The translations under genes were made by a program, and so were the position numbers. DNA of 63,942 nucleotides, counting the filler, from Choristocarpus tenellus KU-1152 (Eukaryota; Protista; Phaeophyceae), in the NCBI GenBank assembly GCA_964200185.2. It is 11 parts of 11 records of this genome, joined end to end, with 100 filler letters (N's around TTAATTAATTAA, not from the genome) between each part and the next. Parts side by side here need not be neighbours in the genome. Positions count along the whole stretch, not along the records: positions 9,248 to 13,375 come from CAXNAD020016073.1; positions 13,476 to 17,875 come from CAXNAD020014723.1; positions 17,976 to 25,429 come from CAXNAD020006134.1; 8 more parts are not named here. One strand, given 5' to 3'. A model generated the notes under the pieces. It was not told where the DNA came from. It searched no databases and saw only the letters and a program-made list of their open reading frames with translations. Below are positions 13,284-24,680 of the stretch, one piece after another (the first letter of the stretch is position 1; every line of letters begins with the position of its first letter).

Positions 13284-13375
13284 GGGTCAAAGTATCTTGG
13301 GGGGGGGGGTGGTTTGTGAGGGGGAGGCCGTTTCGGTCAAACCACGGTTTTTTTGCTGACATTTCAAATCCGACG
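13284..13375 (+). mobile_element. MITE-B end at contig break
   Basis: GGGTCAAAGTATCTTGGGGGGGG... Similar ends at 13476-13521, 32062-32138, 36241-36308, 36409-36472, 39723-39761, 45991-46010, 50247-50285 and 61174-61197. Confidence 0.85.
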
Positions 13376-16300
13376 NNNNNNNNNNNNNNNNNNNNNNNNN
13401 NNNNNNNNNNNNNNNNNNNTTAATTAATTAANNNNNNNNNNNNNNNNNNNNNNNNNNNNNNNNNNNNNNNNNNNNGACAACCTCGTGTAGATCCCCCCCA
13501 CCCCCCCAGATACTTTGGGTCATTTTAAACAAAACGGCTTGGGCGAACTGTATAGGTTGTTATGATAACAGATGCCAGTTGCAACTCTAGTGTCCAACGA
13601 TAGACACTGTAGAGCAAATGGACTAGGGCATGGTATGGGCAACGGATATTGCAGACCAACTGGCCCCAAAATGCTGTCTAAGTAAAAGGAACTAGGGAGC
13701 AAATCATCCATAAAATTATCCTGGAAAATAAAGGTTATGAGTCAGAACTGGCCGAATCTTCTTGGACAACAGTAACATTGAGGATCGAATTGTCCTGGTT
13801 GTAGATAACAACATCACCCATGGATTTTGGAAAGGCAAGTACTACAACCATGATAGTATATACAAATAACTTATATGAAGGTCTAGTACTCTCAATTGAA
13901 CCCTAATCCTAATCCCAATACAAATCCTAAAACTGAACACAAAATCACAGACATGAAGCATATAGGTAGCCATTCAGTCATTAGTGATAATGGCTGTTTG
14001 AACAATGTGGTGCATTTGCCCTGCAAATTTTCCCAACCCATAATAAGATATCATATGTTGGTTCAAACTTCAAGATGAATGATTTTGGGGAAGATAGTTC
14101 TGAACACTATGTTGTGCCATATATTGCTGATAAGCATCATCATGCAGTATATTCTAGTATTTGATAAGATTATCATAGAGAAATCCAGAGCAATGCAACT
14201 TGGTTATGTCGTACCAAGCCCTGCCTAGGCCGCAACTATTCAAGTAGTGGACCCCCCCAACCTTGAGGTCTCCCTAATATGTAAGGAACTTGCAGCCTTT
14301 GCTTACAATTAAAAAAAAAAAAATGCATCATTTTTTTTACTATTTGTGAAAAGAATCGGAGTCCTACTTCCTCCATGGGCAAGGCGGATGAAATATACAT
14401 TGCCAGTGAGACACCGACCTTCCACTTTCTCCATCCAATATACTTGAAGCACATGTAGTATGTGTTCACTGAAAAATCCCTACTATGACCCATCTAGTTT
14501 TTCCGTACCTATCAACCAAACCCATTTTCCGGCAGTCCAATGGACTGGCGACCAAATAATGTGCTGGCCTGGGCCTGGGGGGAAGCTGGAGTTACAGACA
14601 GGCAAACTCTCTCCATCCTTCTCAAGGTATTCCACAAGACCAAGGGCTTTGGGGGGGGAGATGTCATAGATATGTGTATAGTTTGAAGTACATATATAAT
14701 CTCATAGTATGAGGTTGCATTCAACACAGAGCAAGATTAGCATCATGCAAGCATCCAAAACGAAAAGGATTGATGAGGAATACATCTTGACCTACCAGAG
14801 TCATGATGTGGAGACGTGTGCGAAAAATTGTAAGACAGTAGATGCAAGGCACACTAGAAAAGTTATTAGACTGTAGTTTCCAGTTCGTTGTGGAGAGGGT
14901 CAGTAAGAAAAAATAAGTTGGAAGTGAACAGCAAATATGGGCACAGACAACCCTTTTTCTAATACGTAGCAAGCCTGTCCCAATTGAGTACTCCATGATA
15001 CAACTCAATACAATATATTGCATTAATTGAATACAAACCAAGGTTGTGCGGCGTACCATGCATCATCTTTCTTGGTTGCACCATGCCATCCCACCTGATG
15101 CGTTGCCTCAAGACATCAGAAAATATTGAAGTTTGAAGTGAAGATCAATTTGGGTCGAAAGAATCCTTTGTTCATACATGAAACAAGTCTACACAAGTTG
15201 AATACTTCTTACTGCAATGTGATGCACTATTCATATTTTATTACTACACCGTGCTGTTCCATCTTACAAACTGCCTCAAAGCTGTTTCTCGAAACTCGTA
15301 ACACTTGGAAGCAATCACAAAAACGTTTGTTGCTCAAGTTTTGTCCTCTAGATCACTGCCTTCAAACGCGTTAGCCCCCGCTCCAAATATTGTCAATCAG
15401 AAGCAAGAATCTCTAGAATTCAACTCTAGCATGCCTCACAATCAATCCTGGCAGTTGAAATAATTCGTTTGTTCTTTTCTCACCCTAGCTCTACACTGTT
15501 TGCCCCGCTCTGCTTTTATCTTCCAGCACAAGAATTCCTGCAACAGTATCTTCCAGATTACACATTATGTCCTCCCAAACTCATCCATTGCCCTGACACA
15601 ATCGACAGGCTAGTATTGACGGACCAACACTTCTTGCCATGGACACAAAGGACTGGGAACACCTCACCCTGAAAGTTGCATCAAGATCAGATGTTGAGTC
15701 CCTGCAGAGGCACACAGAACAGTTACAACGCCATATTAACACTTAGCCCTTCTATTTAATTAGCATTGTTGCACCCCTGCCCTTGATCTTAGTTTCACCA
15801 ACAACAAAAAATACCACACAAAAGAGAGAGGTATATTCCCAGTGCTTGAGTCATCACAATACCCTGATGACTGGATGGATGTTTCCGGGACAACATACAA
15901 GGTCAATACAAGCTTTACTAGGAAAGCAGATCAGGAAGGATGAAGTCAGCTATTGAGAACAGTATACAATAGTTGGGTAGGTGTAGATAGAGTGCAGGAA
16001 GTTCCAACAGTCCCTTCTCCTAATGGTAGCTGACCGCAATATATGGTACCAAGTTAGCTCTAAAATGAGTCAAAACACCGTATTCTAAGTTCTAGTCGGA
16101 GCCCCATACTCTGTAGCAACCTATAGAGCACCTGCTACTATACCTTTACATTGGATTCATACATAACTAAGCAGTAGTGGTACAATAAAGCTCTTGATAT
16201 CAATGGCCCAAGGTCCTGCGCATTCAACCAAATTATATCTGGTACTGCCCAATGTACAAAAGACCATGACGGCTCATGCCCTCATTGTAATCTGGACTCC

Positions 16301-16859
16301 CTTCATTCTCCTATATAATGCATCTCCTCCACGTTCTCTTGTACATCGTTCACCACCCCTTCCAGTTGTTGAACACAGGTTCCGCCCACAACTCCCCCTT
16401 CTCCCCTTCCCCAGACCTGCAGAACTCTACCTCCACCTCCTTCCTTGTTCCTTTCCCCTGTGCTTTCTTTTCGCAAGACTTATCCCGCTCTCCTCCCTCT
16501 CCCTGTTGCCCTCTGTATTCTTTGCCTTGGTGAAAACAGCATCTAGACTGTTTCTCCATCTATTACTCCTGGATATCAACAAATTAAACATGACTATGTA
16601 TTGCTCTCATCAACCAAAAAAGGGATAGTACAACGAAAACGTAGCATTCAAGGGACAGTGATGGTGTTGGTGTTGGTGTTGGTGGCTTGGACGACCTGAG
16701 CTGCTGCTTTCACATAGAGCAGATCACCTATCATAGCTCCCTTGGAATGCCACAATACCTCGAAAAATATTTGTTCTGGCAGGCACACACTTCTACTGTT
16801 AAAGTATCGCCCAAATCATCAAAGAGGATAAAGGTGATAAACCCAGCGAGAAAGCTTGA

Positions 16860-17875
16860 TGTCTGTAGAGTGATTGATTAAAGTTAAGTGGGGAATGCAG
16901 CACCACATAAAATCAGAAATATTTCATTTTTATATGAGAATTTTTCTCATACAACTAATCACTAGTAAAAGGTTCTGATAACTCAACCACTAATTGATTG
17001 TTTCTTTACTCCGCACATATTTTACCGTAACTGTCCGATAGAGTTGGAAGAGTCTAATCGAACACCCTCCCTAGCTCAAACAACTCTTGAGAACTTACAA
17101 GAAAATATTTATGGATCCTACGAGACTCCTCAGGTCAATCCTGGATGACAAGAAAACAATTAACCATTGAACTCATTGAAAAGAAATAAATCCATACAAA
17201 CACACTCAAATTCAGCAAGAAACAAACCATTAAACATAGTCTAAATTTAGCAAAGCCCCTGCATGCCTCCAAAAAGATATTTCTGCTAAAGGCTTGGCCA
17301 ACACATCAATCATCCAAACGCCTCTCGGAAGGGACAGTCCTTTAAGATCTTGTCCCCCTCACTAATTCCAAGCTTTCTGGATGGGGCTGTAGGGATGGAA
17401 GTGGTCCATTGGAAAGAAAACCGTTCACGTAAGCTGTCAATGTAATTGGTCTGCCTAATGGAGAGTGTACCACACTTCCAATCTCTTCAGTAAATACAGC
17501 CAGAAAACTGAGACAATAAGCCAAGATCATTGGATGGGAACTCTTCATTCAGGGAAGCACAAAGATCATTGCAATCATCATAAGACGCCAAAACCATCAC
17601 ATCATCCGCATAAACGGCAAGCATCACCTTGACAACACCATCCCTCCTGAATCTAAATAGGCACACGGATTAATCAGACACTGCTCAAAACCATTGCGCT
17701 TAAGGGTGGAAACCAGCTTGGTATTCCAGGTCCTAGAGGCTTGCTTTAAACAATATAGGGATCTGTGAAGGCTTACGGTCGTTTAAGAGAGATCTCGACA
17801 TCCCTGTCGAAGGCACATGTACACCTCCTCATCCAAGTCAGATGGAAAATTGCCTGCTCCACATCTAGGTGCCAC
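16860..17875 (-). mobile_element. Ty1/Copia family 2: degraded RT, RNase H end, PPT and putative 3' LTR
   Basis: HLDVEQA..DEEVYM, SLYCLKQASRTWN, AVYADDVMV and PFREAFG are joined to DVLAKPL..FWRH. PPT AGGGAGGG at about 17065-17072 is followed by TGTT at 17064. The LTR end near 16860 is approximate. Confidence 0.8.
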
Positions 17876-17975
17876 NNNNNNNNNNNNNNNNNNNNNNNNN
17901 NNNNNNNNNNNNNNNNNNNTTAATTAATTAANNNNNNNNNNNNNNNNNNNNNNNNNNNNNNNNNNNNNNNNNNNN

Positions 17976-19089
17976 TGCGCAATACCCTTATATCAGAGGG
18001 ATGGACAAGCAGCCAACATGACGAGTGCCTCTACTTCAAGAAGAGTGAAGACGGACGCATTGCCATTCTCACGACCTATGTGGACGACCCCTTCACCACT
18101 GGGGACTTCACAGAAGAAATCCAGAGGATGAGGGCATCACTGCTGGAAACGTACGAGGGGTGGGACTTAGGTACGGCAGACAAGCTAATTGGCGTGGGCA
18201 TCACTGTGGATGAAGATGTAATCACCTTGGATCAATAACTATATGCGGAAAGTATTATCATGGCCGGGATGGGCACTACTAAAGTACGAAAGATATTAAC
18301 ACCACTGGACCCCGGCATGAACCTCTCTGCTAAACAAGATCATGAGGAGCTAGATCCTACCATATACCCCTATGCCAATATTCTTGGGAAACTCATGTTC
18401 TTAGCAGGCATGACTCGACCAGATCTGGCTAACAGTGTTCGTGAATTGGGGCGTAGAGCAGCATTTCCATGCATGAGACACTGGCACGGACTACAGCAGG
18501 TTCGGCGCTATGTAGCAGGGATATTAGATGTCTACATTCATTATAATCGAGGAGACAAAGATATGAACGAGGGGGACGAAGAACTTCTAGTGGGTTATGG
18601 AGATTCTGACTGGGGCACAGACTCCCAAACACGCAGGAGTGTCACAGGCTACTTTCTACTGTTCAACAAGTCGCCGATTGCCTGGCGCTCCAAACTTCAA
18701 GGTGCTGTCACCCTCTTCAGCTCGGAGGCAGAGTGGACGGCAATGGCATATGGCATGCCCCACTGCATTTTCCTTAAAGACATTCTGGGGGAGATTGATA
18801 TATTACAGGATCAGACTCCCTGGTTCTGTGACAATCGTGGTGCAATACAGGCGAGCAGAATCACAGGCTACAATGGGAGAACAAGACACGTAGATATGAA
18901 GCTGAAGTGCACTAGGGAATACGTGGACCAACGCCTGTTTCATGTAGAATATGTTCCAACATCGAAACAACTAGCTGACATTTTGACTAAGCCTTTGCGT
19001 AAGAATCTTACTTCCTGTTTTGTACATTCTGTGCTTTCGCGTCGGGGGTGAGCTTTTGCCAGCAACTTTGCTGCACGCTCATGGGGGAG
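17976..19089 (+). mobile_element. Ty1/Copia family 1 internal region (RT-RNase H, disabled) and PPT
   Basis: TTYVDD, stop near 18236, TRPDLA, GYGDSDW, SSEAEW, CDNRGA, RTRHVD, QLADILTKPL. PPT GGGGGAG at 19083-19089. Confidence 0.95.
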
Positions 19090-19480
19090 TGTGCAATATA
19101 GGCTGATAGTCTATATGGTTTATATGTATTTAGTGCACACTTAGAGACAACAGGGATGTTGGTTAAGTGGAACAAGTGTCATTGATTAGTGTTGGTGAGC
19201 ATAAAGTAATGGGTTCAAATCTCAGATGTTCGATTTCTTATTACATGATATAAGTGGACTGATGGAGGAGTTCTGACATGGTACTTAGCTACACATGATA
19301 AGTGATATAGTACGATGTAACGGCAGGACACGTTTTGATGTGTAAGCTGATACATGTAACAAACAACAAGATAATAAGAGAGAGCACCTCCCACCACCGA
19401 TGGCTGTGCTCACTCCGCTAATAAACATATCCATACCACGTAAAGCAAAATACTCCACTTGGGCAGTTCTCGTTTGCATA
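19090..19480 (+). mobile_element. Copia family 1 3' LTR
   Basis: Starts TGTGCAATATAGGC directly after the PPT. Homology with the solo LTR at 32851-33254 ends at TTTGCATA. Confidence 0.9.
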
Positions 19481-19559
19481 GAAATGGTGATGTCATCCGA
19501 CGTATCAGATTCTGAGGTATACCTTAGAAAGGAAGGACATTTCACAAGTATACCTTCAC

Positions 19560-19778
19560 ACTTTACTGTTCCTTTTGTACAAGGATCCTTATGATACCGA
19601 ATTGACTATTTCCCTGACACATCTACAAAAGGTCAGAGGGCATATATAATATATATAGTACACTCACACATGTTTACACAGATGGTTGTACTGTGCAGGG
19701 GATAAGTCCATAGTGTTACAACGACTTTCTCACTCACGATTTCTAAGTTGACACATCTGCAAAATTTCAGAGGGCATA
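19560..19778 (+). mobile_element. Two further 5'-truncated 3' ends of the CRE-like element
   Basis: CCCTGACACATCTACAAAAGGTCAGAGGGCATATATAAT at about 19612-19650 and TGACACATCTGCAAAATTTCAGAGGGCATA at 19749-19778. Confidence 0.75.
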
Positions 19779-19780
19779 CT

Positions 19781-21051
19781 TTTATGCCCTCTGAAATTTT
19801 GTAGATATATCTGAGAAAAAGACAATTCAATATCATAAGGACCCCTGTAAACGTAATAGTTGTCGTAAATGTGAAAGATATCTCTCCAAAATCAAGTTAC
19901 TACTTGACTACCAGCTATGCTACCCCACTCCCTTCCTATGCCTCCAACCTAGCTTAGCCCTACACCACATGGAGAGGAGCCAGGGAAGCACCCCAAGAAT
20001 TTGACAGGTCTCTCCTTGCCCATCTCCCTGGTATCTCCAGTGTAAAATGCATGGCACGTCTTGACAGAGCCACTTGTGTTGTTACAGACGAAATCTGTCT
20101 CAAATGGGATTTGACAGCTCCTTTCCTGCTGTAGCGTCCCACCCCTCTCTCCCTTACCATGTGTATAGCTAAATCATCCAGAAAACTTTCTTCTTGCTTA
20201 CCGAGGCGCCCAAACCTTTCCACCATGAGGGTTTTGAGGTTAAAACTAGAAGGGTCGAAAGAACCCTCGTAGTGCATGTGCATTTGCGCCTCAGCTGCAG
20301 CAGCAGCTACATCATTGCTAATGGATGAGTGGGGTAGGTGGGACGATGCTTGCACTAACATCTAGGAGGAGGCCTTTGTCCCGGTAGGGAGCTGGTTTGC
20401 TGTCCTCAAATGCCCCAGCATGGAAGACCACACCCATGCGGAAATTCTTGTCCACCGTGAAAGGGCTACCGTCCTCCATAGTGCAAGGGATGCCTATTCC
20501 TTTGCAGAGTTGACGTAGATGCTTAACCATCGGTGTGTGCTGGCAGACTTGTCCCCCTGCTCTAGTGCAGGTACGAGCATATCTAGTGTCCACATTATGA
20601 CTCCTGCATCCAGCCACCGGGGACGTGTTCCTCTTCCCTCCCTAGTGATCTGTTGGCATTGAGTCTAAACTCTATGGGAGGGATCTACCGTGCTGATTCC
20701 AGTGGTTGTGTGGAGGCCCATACATTTCCCACTTGTCCACACTGGCTCCGGTGATGGGCCAGGACAATTGAAGAACTTCCCTCTCTTCTTCTGCATTGGC
20801 CAATTTTGTCCAGAAAGAGTCGAACCATATCCTGTTCAGGAGGCGGGTAATCTCGTGTTGTACCCTCCTTGTGGTCCTAGCGTCATGGCCTGGGAAAGTA
20901 TGGACCTCTGGGCCAGGTGTAGGGGTTATTGTTCTTCCCAGGCTACCCATCCTTGGCCAATAATTCCCAGGAGGGTGCGGATGATCTATATATTCTACTA
21001 CCTCCGTGTCATAAGTCTGTGCCGCATAGTCCCAAACTTTTGAAGATGTTG
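19781..21051 (-). mobile_element. CRE-like non-LTR retrotransposon, 3' fragment (zinc knuckle, restriction-like endonuclease, 3' UTR)
   Basis: GCRSHNVDTRYARTCTRAG..QH, FRMGVV, LLLDV, HYEGSFD, LMVERFGRLG, TTQVALSRR. The 3' UTR ends ...CAGAGGGCATAA. The 5' side is cut by a MITE-A fragment at 21052-21092. Confidence 0.8.
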
Positions 21052-21245
21052 GAGCCAAAGTTTCTTAGAGGGTAGAACCGCGTCTATTTGGGTTGATGAA
21101 ATTCATTTCTGAACGAAGATTTGGAATCCTTGACGAATTTCTGGTTTGGGTAGCTCTTTTTATTATTATTACTCCCCATCCATCACAATTTTATCATCCA
21201 CAGAAAAAGCCTCCATGTCTACCTTCAGCGTGCTTTCAAGCTCAC

Positions 21246-24200
21246 CAGACAACTGCCTCTTCCTTACGCCTGTGCGCTCCACACTGAAGTCATTCTCCAC
21301 TTTGAATCTAAGTACTTGATTGTACACCACAAAAAGGAGCTGTCAAGTCCTCGTGTTCAAATAAGCATGGGCAGTATATACATGTGGGGAACCTTATAAA
21401 GAGGAACTCCGATTTGGTAAAGGTTGCAGAGTAAGATCTGTAACTTGGGAATGTTGCAACGGTTTTCAGATCTATTCCAACTTCTGCTAACCTTAATAAA
21501 ACGCAGATGACAATAAAAGAAATAAAGAGTGTCGTTTAATGAACAGCCCTCCAAACATTTCTTATTTTGATGCAATTTACCCATTGATGTTAAAAATGAG
21601 AAGTACCTCCTTTTCAACTAACCTGCCGCGTGTCGAACATCTGGACTGCTGAATTATCCTGAGAGGCTTACACTACACGATCATCGGCATCTTCTATAGG
21701 CTTGTGGAGAGCCAAAGTATCTTAGAGGGTAGGGCCATGTCCATATGGGGCCAAAATCCAATGTTGCGATTTTGATGTAATTTTGACCTTTTTTGTTGGG
21801 AAGTGTCAATATCCGTGTCCTGGAAACACCTTGCAAAATGTATACATTTTACCTACTCCAAAACATTTTTGAGTAGGAAAATGTCATAAAAAAAAAATCG
21901 GAAGCCAAGCCCCAAATGGACAAACAGGGCAAAGCTCGTATCCTCTAAGATACTTTCACTCGGGATTGGACCTATACATCCTGTGGAGGTAAGTTTCTGA
22001 AGCGTGCAGTAACATGTCTTGCTGAACAACAACATACTTCCCCTGCAACTCCTCTATGTACCACTTCCTGTACCACAAAAGGTCTAAAGTACAGTCCTGC
22101 TCATACACATCCCCCTTTTTATGGTTCTTGTTGTCCTGTCTGCCGTTTTTGGCGTACACACACACCAAACAACAAGCTTTCCATCAAAGCTGTGAGCTGA
22201 ATCTGGGCGGGCATTGGTTGCAATGATCATGGTTTTGGGGATATGACTCTTGCGCTGCACAGTAGAGGATCCTGGAAGGTTGCTATCATCCTCGTGTGGA
22301 AATACCATAACCCTTTCCCGACCAGCCATCACCTAAAACCAGGTTTCAGCTGCATGGATCGTGTTCACCATGGAGGCGTACACACCCCGTTTCCGGTCCA
22401 CTTGATCACAAAACAAAGTCCATTCTCCGTACCTCTTGCCACCATTTATGCTTGGGTTGATCCAGCAGCGATTTGGCATGACCCCCATATCATCCAACCA
22501 CCTGTTTATGGTGCATGTGCTACAATCCAGCCCCTTTGGGGCCATCTTCATTGTCACCGGTCGCACCGTGAATGACCGATTATCGGAGTTGATAGTGTGT
22601 ATTGCGGCCACCTTGGTCGGTGTGAGCTGCGAAAGCTGCCCACTATGCGCTGCCACCCCAAGGTCAAGCTTGTGTGGCCACGGGCGAGCTGGTCGTCGAC
22701 ATCCTCCCAGAGCCCTCGCATGTAATGCTCAGACAATCCAAACTTCGCTGCAAGGGCTGGCCCAACATATCGAGGCAGTTTATACTCACCAGGGACCATT
22801 GCGAGGGCATGCCGCACTGTAAGCGCAACCCTGGTATTCAAGGACACCTGGATACCCTTCCCACGCGGGGGGGTTGCCATGCCGACGTTCTGACTCTCGA
22901 CCTGCCCAATTCTTCCTTAAAATCACCCCAAAAGACCCCTACCTCGACAACTTGAAGCACCTTGAGTTTGAACCTGATCGTCCTGGACCCCCACCTTTTT
23001 TGAAAGCTGAGATTGTCAACCCGATTTCATTCTGTGAGGTTAACGTCCGATTCGGCGCCGTTCTCGCTTGGCGAGCCCAGATGTTTTGTGGTACAAATTT
23101 ACGGCATTGAGGTAATAATATAAGTATTGATTTATTTATTTTTTGATATATCTGAAAAATGTTACGGAGCATAGTAATAAATATGTTAGTGATAATAATA
23201 TATATATTTACAAGTAGTGTGAATCGTGTGATTCTGTGGCGGTGTGATTCACTCAGGCAAGGGTGGTTAAGAGCATCACCAGGCAAGACAAACCAGACGA
23301 ACAAGCACGAACCGTAACCGAGGGTACGAGGTTAAGGTTGGACAAGTAGTGCAAATTGCGGAGTGATGAGCATCTTCAAAGATGGGGCTTCATCACCGCA
23401 AGTCAAGATCTGAGAACAAAGTAGATCTTCCATGTGTGACAACTCTGAATGACGAGTTGTCCCAAGTCTGTGGGGTTGGTCTCGTGAAGAGATTCCATGG
23501 TTTCATTCCGACGGAAGATCTGCCAGTGGAATCATGGATGCTTGACTGGGAACCTCAATCGGTACAACGGTACATGACATAAGGGAATAATGGTATAACA
23601 ACAGACAAACATGCTTTCAACATCACCCCCCCATCCGATCGGCCTTGAAGCCATGTAAACACGATTCAAGGTCAACCAAAAACTGAGCTCTGGGAGCGAA
23701 ATGGGAAACATGTGCAACTGTTAGTATACTATTGCACCATTGTATTACATGACTCCAGTAATACAAAATGAAGTGTAAAATATAAACGAGGCACAAAATG
23801 AATATCTGATCAGAATAACATTAGCCTAAGGTTGATGGTGTGTGGTCAGCACACCAATCAAGCTTACGAGGTCTGAGAGTATGGGATCAGCATATCAATC
23901 AGCCTAAAGACGAGGCGAGAGGTATATGTAGCCATCATATAGGGTCTCTATTATCTTGTATAAAACAGAGGATACACTCAGAATAAGGATACGAGGAGCA
24001 AACACTATATACGATGTCAACAAAAAGTTTAACTAGTGTTTGTGATTCAACATTGCTATACAGGTGTTATACGATGATTTGATCACTCCAATGCATGAAA
24101 ACAACATCGCGTGTTACATAACCAAATACACACAGCAAACGAAGAGATCAAATGTGTGCACCCATTCTCCTTCCTCAATTCTGACTTCGATTGAGTGAAA

Positions 24201-24680
24201 ATATCTTAGAGGGTACGGGTTTTGCCCTGTTTGTTCGTTTGGGGCGTGGCTTCCCATGGGGTTTTCAATGACATTTTCCTACTCCAAAATGCTTCGGAGT
24301 AGGTAAAACGTGTACGTTACGAAAAGATGTGTCCAGAACAAGGATATTGACACTTACTAACAAACACGATAGCCAAAATTACATCATATTCGCAACATTG
24401 GATTTTGACCCCCAAATGGAAGTGGCTCTACCCCCTAAGATACTTTGGCTCATTGCAATATTGTTCACAACGACTACAATATTCCAAGTGGACAACTCGG
24501 ATGTACGATGTTGGTGGCTCAACTCTCCTAAAGTGATACAAAATAACTGTGCACGGTCAGTACATCATGTTGGGGGAATCATGCCACACGAAAAAAAAAG
24601 AAGATAAATAACATGTATGGCTCACCTGAAGTCTCCCTTTCTTACTTGGTGGTAGACTTGACTCTTCAAAAAAAGTTGTT
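21246..24680 (-). CDS. Unknown host gene, three small phase-compatible exons (partial)
   Basis: Exons 24626-24680, 21623-21658 and 21246-21307 all have AG/GT sites and splice to EQLFLKSQVYHQVRKGDFRIIQQSRCSTRGRFKVENDFSVERTGVRKRQLS. Confidence 0.45.
21709..21961 (+). mobile_element. MITE-A, complete
   Basis: Both TIRs present. Flanks are TGGA / GGGA. Confidence 0.9.
22040..23112 (-). mobile_element. Tc1/mariner DD39D-type transposon relic, 3' truncated
   Basis: Frameshifted transposase from 22880: IHAAETWF (cf. HIDEKWF), KSHIPKTMIIATNARP (cf. KVMFLAAVARP), FDGKL, KNHKKG, WYRKWYIEEL. A putative TIR end at 23112 is followed by TA. Confidence 0.8.
23218..24052 (+). repeat. Unclassified dispersed repeat (possibly a solo LTR)
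   Basis: Collinear with 44950-45850 over about 600 bp and with a shorter variant at 44440-44565 (-). It begins TGTGAA. The right boundary is uncertain. Confidence 0.7.
24193..24451 (-). mobile_element. MITE-A, complete
   Basis: Both TIRs present, flanked by ATT / ATT. Confidence 0.9.

Noticed and set aside
15300-16000. Possible LINE endonuclease relic on the minus strand
   Set aside because: Only vague motif resemblance, too degraded to support without a search.
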